Assembly: GCA_951406725.2 (NCBI GenBank) | Contig: OX597814.1 | Span: 25,048,001-25,112,000, forward strand | Length of the DNA stretch: 64,000 bases | Direction of reading: 5' to 3' | Origin: Octopus vulgaris | Lineage: Eukaryota | Shown: piece by piece, positions 1 to 11,523 of the stretch | Layout of the letters: each line of letters begins with the position of its first letter | How positions within the stretch are numbered: position 1 is the first letter of the stretch | The notes under the pieces: generated by a model | Database searches by the model: none | Seen by the model: only the letters and a program-made list of their open reading frames with translations | What the model was told of the DNA's origin: nothing | Made by a program: the position numbers and the translations under genes

Positions 1-71
1 TGTGATGGTGTCACAGAAAAAAAATACTGAATACTGGTGGTTGTGCAACATAAAATTCACTTACCCTCATC

Positions 72-524
72 ATGAGTGCTGAAATATCAAATAAAAATAG
101 AAATGAGAACGGTGTGAATGAGGCTGGAACAACTCTCACCCAGCTGTGCCCCATGGGTGAACAGAGTGGGTCTAATCCTCATCAAACAATTGCTAAAAAG
201 TGGATGAAAGAAATGAATGTGGTTGTAATGGAGTGCTACTTTCTAGATAATCCAAGAAATAATAGTGAAGTGGTAATAGCGATGGTAATTGGAACATTAG
301 GAGCAATTTCCAACGGATCTAAAAAACATATTAAGAATATTGGAGCTGCTATCAGGCTGGAGGTGATCCAGAAGACAGCATTGTTGGGTACAGCTCACAT
401 TCTAAGAGAGTTTTGGCTCTTTGAGTCACAGGACATGGTACTACTTGAAACCTTTGGTGATTCGTTGTTGTCTGCTTTCAAGTAAAGAATAACCGGTAAG
501 AAAGAACTATCTGAGGAGAATCTT
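72..524 (+). mobile_element. Internally deleted R4/Dong-like RLE non-LTR retrotransposon relic (N-terminus fused to C-terminus), followed by (TAA)n
   Basis: ORF 72-485 has an N-terminal KKWMKEMNVVVMECYF motif and a C-terminal VIGTLGAIS...IQKTALLGTAHILR motif, typical of the two ends of R4-clade ORFs. No RT lies between them. Confidence 0.7.
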
Positions 525-532
525 TAATAATA

Positions 533-606
<74 letters not shown>

Positions 607-608
607 AA

Positions 609-1000
609 TTTGACAAGCTCAGAAAATATAAAGACCTGCTCATTGAAACTGAGAAAATGTGGCATCTCAAGGCGGTTACAATACCAGTGATCGTAGGAAT
701 GATCAAGAAGGGAACCGAAAATTATATGAGAATGATCCCTGGCTTACCATCCCTGCAAGAAGTGTAAAAGATTGTCTTAACTGGTACATCACATGTATTG
801 AGAAGAGCATTGTGAGAACTATTACTACCCATGTATTTTAATTTAACTTTATTTCTATCAAAAAAAAAAAAATTAACGAACTAGTGAGTTTAGTTTAATG
901 GCCTACCAATGTATACTATGAGTTTCTTTGCCCTAGGAGTCGGGAAGACACTCGGCAAGAAATGGAAGCAAATTTGAAAGAAGAAAAAAACCCCATAAAT

Positions 1001-1002
<2 letters not shown>
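609..1002 (+). mobile_element. 5'-truncated R4/Dong-like element (RLE C-terminus plus 3' UTR) embedded in (TAA)n/(GAA)n
   Basis: Translates KLRKYKDLLIETEKMWHLKAVTIPVIVG...LPSLQEV*KIVLTGTSHVLRRAL*. The 3' UTR recurs inverted at 59515-59656, and (TAA)n lies on both sides. Confidence 0.75.
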
Positions 1003-1038
<36 letters not shown>

Positions 1039-1393
1039 TAATAATGAAGTATTGCAAGGCATTTGTTAAGCTATTTGTTAGTGATAGATATAGTTGTTAT
1101 TGCAGCTGTATAGAATTTCTAGAAATCAGATGAACTAAGGATGAAATGTCCACATTTTATTCTTCAAACTGATTCTCTAGTTTTTCCTGGACGTTCTATA
1201 AGTATCTATAGACCTTATCACTAGTAATAAGATTCTTGAAGCATTTTTATGTAGCATAGATTATCATAATATCATTATCGTTGTAATGGTTCATATACTA
1301 ACAAGCCTTATCCACCCTAGCTCTAGCAACAAATACTAATGACTAATATATACTTTACAGTATTTATGATATTATTTTAGTTCTAGGATACTC

Positions 1394-1630
1394 TCTCTTT
1401 ACTTGTTTCAGTCATGTGACTGTGACCATGCTGGAGCACCGCCTTTAGTCGAGCAAATTGACCCCAGGACTTATTCTTTGTAAGCCTAGTACTTATTCTA
1501 TCGGTCTCTTTTGCCGAACCGCTAAGTTACAGGAACATAAGCACACCAGCATTGGTTGTCATGCGATGTTGGGGGACATGTACAGACACACAAACATATA
1601 CACACACACACATATATATATATACATATA
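1394..1630 (-). mobile_element. tRNA-derived SINE family A, 3' half
   Basis: Matches the 3' half of full copies at 12631-13127 and 33520-33920 (CTCCAGCATGG...GACTGAAACAAGTAAAAGAG tail). Confidence 0.85.
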
Positions 1631-1825
1631 TATACTCTTTACTCTTTTACTCTTTTACTTGTTTCAGTCATGTGACTGTGGCCATGCTGGAGCATCACCT
1701 TTAGTCGATCAAATCGACCCCAGGACTTACTCTAAGGACTTATACTAAACCTAGTACTTATTTTATTGGTCTCTTTTTTGCCGAACCGCTAAGTTACGGG
1801 GACAAACACAGACACACAAACATGC

Positions 1826-1855
<30 letters not shown>

Positions 1856-1862
<7 letters not shown>

Positions 1863-4800
1863 GAAAGGGCTTAGTAAAATAAATTACTTTGCCACATACT
1901 GAACTCATTAGAAATAGTAGCTAAAAAAACTTTTTTAAAACTATTTCTAATACTTAAAGAAAATCTCTCTCATATAGTGTTTGCTCAATTCAACTCACGA
2001 AAGTATGGGGGTAGAGACATTAAAAAATCAAATGCAAAGGTTATTTGAGAACGTACGTTTCAAGATTAGTCAACTCGACATTTCTATCATCAGCTCAGAA
2101 CTCCTTGGTTTGGATTTGAAAACACTGAAAGTGGGAGCATACCCTTTCGGCTTCTTATCGCTTCTGAAGATCTGCTCGAAACTAACAGTGCCAGCAAACC
2201 CAAAATATGCAAGCGAAGAATTTCTGCTCTCCCCTTTCCACCAGCGTGGGTTAAAATCAGTAAACACTATGCTTTTTCGGTAAAATCCGAAGCATTAAAT
2301 AGAGAAAGATGAATTATAATTTCAACAATTGAGGGTAAAATTAATTAATTATTAATCAATCTCACCAAGTATTCAGTATGTAAAGGGACCATTTAAGGCG
2401 AATTCAAATTATTACATTATATAAAAGGGCTTAGTAAAATAAATTACTTTGCCACATACTGAACTCATTAGAAATAGTAGCTAAAAAAACTTTTTTAAAA
2501 CTATTTCTAATACTTAAAGAAAATCTCTCTCATATAGTGTTTGCTCAATTCAACTCACGAAAGTATGGGGGTAAAGACATTAAAAAATCAAATGCAAAGG
2601 TTATTTGAGAACGTACGTTTCAAGATTAGTCAACTCGACATTTCTATCATCAGCTCAGAACTCCTTGGTTTGGATTTGAAAACACTGAAAGTGGGAGCAT
2701 ACCCTTTCGGCTTCTTATCGCTTCTGAAGATCTGCTCGAAACTAACAGTGCCAGCAAACCCAAAATATGCAAGCGAAGAATTTCTGCTCTCCCTTTCCAC
2801 CAGCGTGGGTTAAAATCAGTAAACACTATGCTTTTTCGGTAAAATCCGAAGCATTAAATAGAGAAAGATGAATTATAATTTCAACAATTGAGGGTAAAAT
2901 TAATTAATTATTAATCAATCTCACCAAGTATTCAGTATGTAAAGGGACCATTTAAGGCGAATTCAAATTATTACATTATATAAAAGGGCTTAGTAAAATA
3001 AATTACTTTGCCACATACTGAACTCATTAGAAATAGTAGCTAAAAAAACTTTTTTAAAACTATTTCTAATACTTAAAGAAAATCTCTCTCATATAGTGTT
3101 TGCTCAATTCAACTCACGAAAGTATGGGGGTAAAGACATTAAAAAATCAAATGCAAAGGTTATTTGAGAACGTACGTTTCAAGATTAGTCAACTCGACAT
3201 TTCTATCATCAGCTCAGAACTCCTTGGTTTGGATTTGAAAACACTGAAAGTGGGAGCATACCCTTTCGGCTTCTTATCGCTTCTGAAGATCTGCTCGAAA
3301 CTAACAGTGCCAGCAAACCCAAAATATGCAAGCGAAGAATTTCTGCTCTCCCCTTTCCACCAGCGTGGGTTAAAATCAGTAAACACTATGCTTTTTCGGT
3401 AAAATCCGAAGCATTAAATAGAGAAAGATGAATTATAATTTCAACAATTGAGGGTAAAATTAATTAATTATTAATCAATCTCACCAAGTATTCAGTATGT
3501 AAAGGGACCATTTAAGGCGAATTCAAATTATTACATTATATAAAAGGGCTTAGTAAAATAAATTACTTTGCCACATACTGAACTCATTAGAAATAGTAGC
3601 TAAAAAAACTTTTTTAAAACTATTTCTAATACTTAAAGAAAATCTCTCTCATATAGTGTTTGCTCAATTCAACTCACGAAAGTATGGGGGTAAAGACATT
3701 AAAAAATCAAATGCAAAGGTTATTTGAGAACGTACGTTTCAAGATTAGTCAACTCGACATTTCTATCATCAGCTCAGAACTCCTTGGTTTGGATTTGAAA
3801 ACACTGAAAGTGGGAGCATACCCTTTCGGCTTCTTATCGCTTCTGAAGATCTGCTCGAAACTAACAGTGCCAGCAAACCCAAAATATGCAAGCGAAGAAT
3901 TTCTGCTCTCCCCTTTCCACCAGCGTGGGTTAAAATCAGTAAACACTATGCTTTTTCGGTAAAATCCGAAGCATTAAATAGAGAAAGATGAATTATAATT
4001 TCAACAATTGAGGGTAAAATTAATTAATTATTAATCAATCTCACCAAGTATTCAGTATGTAAAGGGACCATTTAAGGCGAATTCAAATTATTACATTATA
4101 TAAAAGGGCTTAGTAAAATAAATTACTTTGCCACATACTGAACTCATTAGAAATAGTAGCTAAAAAAACTTTTTTAAAACTATTTCTAATACTTAAAGAA
4201 AATCTCTCTCATATAGTGTTTGCTCAATTCAACTCACGAAAGTATGGGGGTAAAGACATTAAAAAATCAAATGCAAAGGTTATTTGAGAACGTACGTTTC
4301 AAGATTAGTCAACTCGACATTTCTATCATCAGCTCAGAACTCCTTGGTTTGGATTTGAAAACACTGAAAGTGGGAGCATACCCTTTCGGCTTCTTATCGC
4401 TTCTGAAGATCTGCTCGAAACTAACAGTGCCAGCAAACCCAAAATATGCAAGCGAAGAATTTCTGCTCTCCCCTTTCCACCAGCGTGGGTTAAAATCAGT
4501 AAACACTATGCTTTTTCGGTAAAATCCGAAGCATTAAATAGAGAAAGATGAATTATAATTTCAACAATTGAGGGTAAAATTAATTAATTATTAATCAATC
4601 TCACCAAGTATTCAGTATGTAAAGGGACCATTTAAGGCGAATTCAAATTATTACATTATATAAAAGGGCTTAGTAAAATAAATTACTTTGCCACATACTG
4701 AACTCATTAGAAATAGTAGCTAAAAAAACTTTTTAAAACTATTTCTAATACTTAAAGAAAATCTCTCTCATATAGTGTTTGCTCAATTCAACTCACGAAA

Positions 4801-5158
4801 GTATGGGGGTAAAGACATTAAAAAATCAAATGCAAAGGTTATTTGAGAACGTACGTTTCAAGATTAGTCAACTCGACATTTCTATCATCAGCTCAGAACT
4901 CCTTGGTTTGGATTTGAAAACACTGAAAGTGGGAGCATACCCTTTCGGCTTCTTATCGCTTCTGAAGATCTGCTCGAAACTAACAGTGCCAGCAAACCCA
5001 AAATATGCAAGCGAAGAATTTCTGCTCTCCCCTTTCCACCAGCATGGGTTAAAATCAGTAAACACTATGCTTTTTCGGTAAAATCTGAAGCATTAAATAG
5101 AGAAAGATGAATTATAATTTCAACAATTGAGGGTAAAATTAATTAATTATTAATCAAT
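1856..5158 (-). repeat. 560-bp tandem array, ~5.9 near-identical units, each with a hammerhead-like motif (retrozyme or Penelope pLTR-like)
   Basis: Period of 559-560 is visible in the sequence and ORF track (1981, 2541, 3100, 3660, 4220, 4779). Only a few substitutions and 1-bp indels separate the units. Confidence 0.95.
2046..2097 (-). ncRNA. Minimal type I hammerhead ribozyme-like motif, copy 1 (also 2606-2657, 3165-3216, 3725-3776, 4285-4336, 4844-4895)
   Basis: Minus strand reads UGAG-CUGAUGA-U AGA AAU GUC GAGUU GAC UAA UCU U-GAAA-CGUACG-UU-CUCA. It has the core motifs, stem I UGAG/CUCA, stem II AGA/UCU plus GUC/GAC, and palindromic ACGUACGU as stem/loop III. Confidence 0.7.
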
Positions 5159-5161
5159 TAA

Positions 5162-5287
5162 TAATTTATTTTACTAAGCCCTTTTATATAATGTAATAAT
5201 TTGAATTCGCCTTAAATGGTCCCTTTACATACTGAATACTTGGTGAGATTGATTAATAATTAATTAATTTTACCCTCAATTGTTGAA

Positions 5288-5289
<2 letters not shown>
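5162..5289 (+). repeat. Inverted 128-bp partial copy of the 560-bp unit
   Basis: Reverse complement of unit segment ~2319-2446, abutting the array and followed by (TA)n. Confidence 0.9.
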
Positions 5290-5350
<61 letters not shown>

Positions 5351-5359
<9 letters not shown>

Positions 5360-5751
5360 TAAAAGGAATTCCAACCTTGTCTGATTTTCACGTTTTATTT
5401 ACAATCTTATAATGATATAAGATAATATAATATAATAAAATAAAATAAAATAATAGAATGTTAAATGTTCATTCTGATTGAACTAGTACTTTCATGCATT
5501 AAATTCTGCAATCTCCAGAAATGCTTCACAATTTTTGACTGTCAAAAATTGTGAAGCATGACTGTCACCACTACTACATGAACCTGAAGATTGCAGAATT
5601 TAATGCATGAAAGTACTAGTTCAATCAGAATGAACATTTAACATTCTATTATTTTATTTTATTTTATTATATTATATTATCTTATATCATTATAAGATTG
5701 TAAATAAAACGTGAAAATCAGACAAGGTTGGAATTCCTTTTATTAATATAT
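5351..5751. repeat. Fold-back element with 168-bp inverted arms (5351-5518, 5584-5751) and an internal perfect hairpin, between (TA)n tracts
   Basis: The arms are reverse complements with one mismatch seen. The spacer holds a 19-bp-arm palindrome at 5521-5559. Confidence 0.92.
5579..5623 (+). ncRNA. Minimal type I hammerhead ribozyme motif
   Basis: UGAAC-CUGAAGA-U UGCA GAAUUUAA UGCA U-GAAA-GUAC-UA-GUUCA: perfect 5-bp stem I, 4-bp stem II, 1-bp stem III with palindromic AGUACU, CUA cleavage triplet. Confidence 0.8.
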
Positions 5752-5777
5752 TCTTCTATACACAATCACACACACCC

Positions 5778-5836
<59 letters not shown>

Positions 5837-6042
5837 TAAATTAGAGACAAAACCACTATTAGGCAAATCAAACAATGAAAAACTTAAGCCAATACATAAG
5901 ATTATTTAATTTATATTATTTAAATATATAACAAAATTATTAAAAAAATATAATTAATATCACACTACAATCGTTTCATGCCTGCTAACTTCTTCATCTG
6001 ATTTTTCCCTGTAAGTTTGGATTTATTCCCTAATATTTATTA

Positions 6043-6080
<38 letters not shown>

Positions 6081-8883
6081 TACGACGGGCTTCTTTCAGT
6101 TTCCGTCTACCATATCCACTCACAAGGCTTTGGTCGGCCCGAGGCTATAGTAGAAGACACTTGCCCAAGGAGCCACGAAGTGGGACTGAACCCGGAACTA
6201 TGTGGTTCATAAGCAAGCTACTTACCACACAGCTACTCCTACACCTATAGGGACATCCTTATAATGAATGCATCATCCTCCTTAATCACAAACATTATAA
6301 TTCTTTATGTGATATTGTCCAATAAATTCCCTTAACATTGATTGTGTTATGATCTCTATAACTTTCATAATTTGTATAAACTCTTTGAACACTTCCTTGC
6401 TTACTCCGAAATAATTTTTTAATCATTAGGTTATGTTTTGGATATCTATCGAACTGTATAATTTTGATTGACTTACTTTATTCTAAGTAATATTGTGACA
6501 ATTTTGGTCAATATAAACATTAGGTTAACGACTTTCTACTTATTTACCGGGTTATTAGTTTTGATTTACGTTCTGTAGTAAGAACTGACTCTCCAACTGA
6601 TGAATTCTTCCTAAATAATTAAATGATACCTAAATATTTCCCTATTCTACATTCATATGTTCAGGAACTCCTAAGTTTATAAATTTATACTTTTAAATTA
6701 GCATACAGTGTTACATACAAAAATTTTGTTATTTTAAGGCACACATTTATTTATTCATTAATACCAATCACCCCTCCAGTCACAGTGCTGACCAATTGTC
6801 TCTCTAGTTTTTCACTCTATCTTTTACTCTCTCTCTCTCTCTCTATCTGTCTCTCTCTCCCTTTTTTTCTTTTTCTTCTTTTCCCCTCTACTTCATTTAG
6901 TTTATTTTGTTCCATTAGTTCTTTCCTTTTTCCTCATCTGTTTTCCCTTCTCCACTTTTAGCATGATTAATTCAGTGAATTAAAACAATACCAATTATAC
7001 AATAAATGGGTATTGAGAATATTGTCCATGACTACCTTTGAACTTGTCTTGATTAATGTTTGCTTAGCGCTTACCATTGACTATATCGGATGAGTTCTGC
7101 CTCTATTCACCTTTGTGGGTGAGGTTATTTAGATTAATTATGTAGTTATAGATCTTGATACTCCAGTTGACTTCACATTTACGACCTTGTTCAACCATTG
7201 TTTCTTGTGAGACTGCTCAGAGGACAAATTGACCTTAATTTTCGTAAATGTTGCTATTCTGATTAGAAATTTCACTTGTTGATAATCTGTTGATTATAAG
7301 ACATCGCTCATCTGTTTACCTGATTGCCTGATGATTTGGGACTTATATTACGTATTACACAATCTAATTAATTGTATATGTTTATATTAAAATAAAAACT
7401 CCTAATGAAACAATGAAACAAATGTAGCAGAAAACAGACATTAGTCTTATATTTATATATGTACACATACACATATGCACACACATACACACACATATAC
7501 ATGTATGTATGAGCATGCGTGTGTGAGTGTGTATGTGTGTATATGTGCATCTGTATTTATGTATATATGCATGTGTGTTTGCATGTGCATGTGTGTGTGT
7601 GCCTGTATATATAATGTAATAGTTGTAATACCTTTTCTGAAAGCCCTCAGTTATGTGTATAATATTAACGAAGATATATTTAAGGCCTAACTGATTTTTT
7701 TAAAAAGGCCTCACATGTTAGTCTTAGATTAGGGTAACCTCCAGCAACTAACTGATACATAAAATTAAAAAGGAAATTATTCATTTATTAAGAAAGCAAT
7801 AATACAAATATCAACTGCTCTTGCACAAGAAAAGTCAATGATGTTTCACTTGACAATCTAAAACACAAATTCAGTGAAAGAATGCAAATTAAGAATCAGA
7901 GGGAGATTTTCAGAACATGGGTTGCTGTGCTCTACTATGGTGAAGCTTGAGTTAGTTGTAGACAACTTAAGAATTGAGATTCAGTGCCATAATCTTTAGA
8001 GCTGTAATCTTCTTGAGAGACTTAACATGAGGCACTTAGATGTGAGAAAGACTTTGAATGAATAAATTTATTAGCGGTTTTTCTTATAAACAAAAACACT
8101 TCTTGGAATTTGATTGGTTACGAGAGTTATTAGAATTGAAAAGGTATCAAGGAATGAATGAGTGAGAAATTTCTGGAGATGGAATTAAAAACAATGTAGA
8201 AGTATCAAAACAGAACAATGATGCCAAAGAATGTAAAATAACATTCTCATTAGCAACCACAACTTTACAATGGCAAAATTAAAATTAAAGAAAAAATTGG
8301 AAGTGACTGGCAAAGCAAATATTGCATTAACAATTGTGGGCAGGTAAAAACAAAATAGATTATTTAATTTAATGTAGAAGTAGTGTTATAGAGATAGTAA
8401 ACTGATAATATAATATCAAATTTAATGAATCATTTTATGTGAAAGGAAACTTCCCAGATGGTTAGCTTTCACACAGTTCTCTAATGGCATAGCTTTATTA
8501 GTGGATAAAATTAAACAGACGGATCTCATTTCACACGTCACAGTAGGAAGGATAATTTAATAAATTAAGTGGAGCATTTTCTATTTAGCATGTGAATTAG
8601 TCAATTTGATATGTTAATTAGGTCACTACAAGATTTGATTGTATCAACTCTAAAGACTACTTGTTAAGTAAAATGGATCTTGATTCTTAATTAACGAAAT
8701 AGCACCTGAGCACCATCACCGTGACAAGGGAAGTGAAATACCATCACCCTCCACAGGAAGGTGAGAAACAAGAAGACTAAGCATAAGAAGTTCAAAAATA
8801 CATTTGAGCTTGAAAGGTGAAGAAAAAGAACTGACAGAAATGATTATTTAACTTTCAACCATCATTACCATCATCACCACCAC

Positions 8884-8931
<48 letters not shown>

Positions 8932-9789
8932 ATTCATCACCATTTACCTTATTTTCCAAGACAAATATTGATTGGAAGGGTTAATAATTTTCTGTGTTTC
9001 ACATCTCTTTCATTGATTTTTCTTTTCTTCACCCTCTCTACTTTCATGGTACGATAACGTGTTTATACTCCACCTTTCAGGTAATCATACTGCTGAAATG
9101 CTTTGTTTAAAAAACATTCATGTGAAAGTTACAAATAATAACAAAAATGTTGGTTTTTACTCATTGTGAACATGTTGCAATAAGTTTTAATAATAGCTAT
9201 AAAATTCAACATGATTTTTCCTATCATTGTATTCATACTGCATTTCATGATAGTGAAGCATATCAACATATGTTCAATGTATACAATGTACTTCAAGCTT
9301 CAGTGTGAGTGTGGAGTACATAAAACAAATTCTTCCTTGACTTAAAGAAAATAGTGTGGTATTTTTAGAATGTAAAAGGAAAATGCAGAATAATATAAAA
9401 ATGATGAACAATATTTTCCTAAAGTAAGATAAGTGATAGATGTGAAGAGAAATGAAATTTTGTGATGTTAAAACATTTCAGTTTGACGTCATAAGAATCT
9501 ATAAACATTCAAGAGAACATGGAATATCTCATTTTTTGGAATTGGTTCTTGAAATGCATATAAAGTTATAAATAATAGCCTGTAGATATTCGGTTGGAAA
9601 TCCTTTTGAATAGAAAACATCAAAGGTTACCCATAGGACATGAACTCACACAGTAGATATGACTGGTATTCTGTGCAAAAGAGCTTTTTAAATTTAATAT
9701 TTATATGTTATTATTTAAAGCTTTACATTTACTTCAAGAACCAGTTCCAAAAAAGAATTTTTCTACATTTCAACTTTTGTGATCCAGGC

Positions 9790-9994
9790 TCGTTGCCAGT
9801 ACGGCCTGACTAGCCCCCATGCCGGTGGCACGTAAAATGCACCCACTACACTCTCAGATTGGTGTGCGTTAGGAAGGGCATCCAGCTGTAGAAACTCTGC
9901 CAAATCAAGATTGGAGCCTGGTGCAGCCATCTGGTTCACCAGCCCTCAGTCAAAATCGTCCAACCCATGCTAGCATGGAAAGCGGACGTTAAAC

Positions 9995-10048
<54 letters not shown>
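9790..10048 (+). mobile_element. RTE-type LINE 3' UTR or derived short element with (GAT)n tail
   Basis: Same sequence as the 3' end of the RT-bearing element at 25600-27278 (GTTAGGAAGGGCATCCAG...CCCATGCTAGCATGGAAAGCGGACGTTAAA(GAT)n). Confidence 0.85.
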
Positions 10049-10049
<1 letters not shown>

Positions 10050-11359
10050 TGCTTAAAAGCAGGAATACAAAAAAAATTTTGGCATAAATTCTCATTATGC
10101 ATATCATGAATGACCAACTCAAATTGTGCCATACAAACCAACCAAACAAGTACATCTTCTCTGAATATCCTAGATGTGTGCTGTTCACCTACCAAAGACA
10201 AAATTCATCATAAACATTAAGCTAACTCAATAAAATAATAATGGATCATAATGGAAACTAATTTTTCTGTCTCTAATTATAAATTGCTGTGACAGTTGTT
10301 CTGAGATTGCTCTACACACACCACACCTTATTCTCTCCTGAGACTCCACTGGGTACATGGCAGGATAATGGAAATATGACAAGTTAAGGATGAGTAACAT
10401 TCCACTAGCACACATCCCGGTGTTCATTAAGTTATATGTATTATTTTATTGAAAATATATAAATAGAAACAGATTTTCTTTATAATCCAGTTCTTGGAGT
10501 ATTGTGATACAATCTGATCATAATTTCTTTTCAAACCTACTAATAAACACTTAGAAACAAGGGCGATATCATGTTTATTTTTTTGGCACAGTATGTTCAG
10601 CATGATAGCACAGAAGAGAAATTGTGTCAATAACCATGATATACCACTGCGACCAAGGAATAGTCAGTTTGCATCATTCTACCAGCATGGTTTCAATGTT
10701 ATAGTCATAATATTGAACTTCTTAAGCCATGTTACTTAGGTATAAGCAAATTCTATAAGGTTATATATTTTATTTCCATAAGATGTGGCGATTTTATAAA
10801 ACTGATAGACAGAGTTTTCTGAAAGGAAAGAGTCTCTGTAATAAGTTAGAATTTTATCCAGTATAGTACTAAATGATAAATAAACTAGGGCTTAGCATCC
10901 ACTCAAATGGTAGCAGAAATCTTCAAGTATATCTAATCCAAGTGTCAGCTGTTGGTGTATCATTGGGCCATAGATTAAGCTTATTACCCAAAAACATGTA
11001 GTGTCTAACTGCAATGCTTCCATCTGCAAAACTGTACTAAAAGGATTTGGCCAATTTGAGTCTAAGGTACAAGGCTCTTTCCCAATGTGCTATGCAATAA
11101 GATCACATATAGAACCACAGGATTGCAAAATGAGCATTTTAACCAGATAGTCATGGGGAACTTCTTAACAACTATGACAAGAAAACAAAAATAGTAAAAC
11201 CAACTAATTACAATGTATGGAATGGCGATAATGAACAATAAATGTCAATGGATTGACATTAGTAGACATGTAAAACTTTGGTTTTTCTTTTAGGGGTATG
11301 AAACTATTTACAGCTTTGAATAGCTGCTAACTACTCCTCCTCCTCATCATCATCATCAC

Positions 11360-11416
<57 letters not shown>

Positions 11417-11491
11417 CATCATCACAATCATCATCATCATCATCATCACCATCATCACAATTATCACCATCACCATCAGCTTCTTCTTCTT

Positions 11492-11523
<32 letters not shown>

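Larger units (their letters stand above)
1635..6248 (-). mobile_element. SINE family A copy split by ~4.2 kb of insertions in its internal (TA)n (3' half 1635-1830, 5' head 6080-6248)
   Basis: The two halves are collinear, on the same strand, and join at the internal microsatellite seen in intact copies. Confidence 0.75.

Noticed and set aside
1981-5081. Repeated 100-aa (+) and 65-aa (-) ORFs in the tandem array
   Set aside because: Non-ATG starts, no recognisable domain and a frameshift in unit 2. They recur only because the DNA is repeated.
1856-5158. CRISPR array or rDNA/snRNA gene cluster
   Set aside because: No unique spacers, eukaryotic context, and no rRNA or snRNA motifs recognised.
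6590-7345. CTGATGA matches near 6598 and 7326 (also ~18663, ~38310, CTGAAGA ~58573)
   Set aside because: No properly placed stem II-GAAA-UH and stem I, so not called hammerheads.
7750-8800. Possible ancient LINE or transposase remnants (also ~10060-10800, 15000-16650, 52270-53660, 55800-57060)
   Set aside because: Only faint motif echoes, too decayed to assign a family or boundaries by eye.
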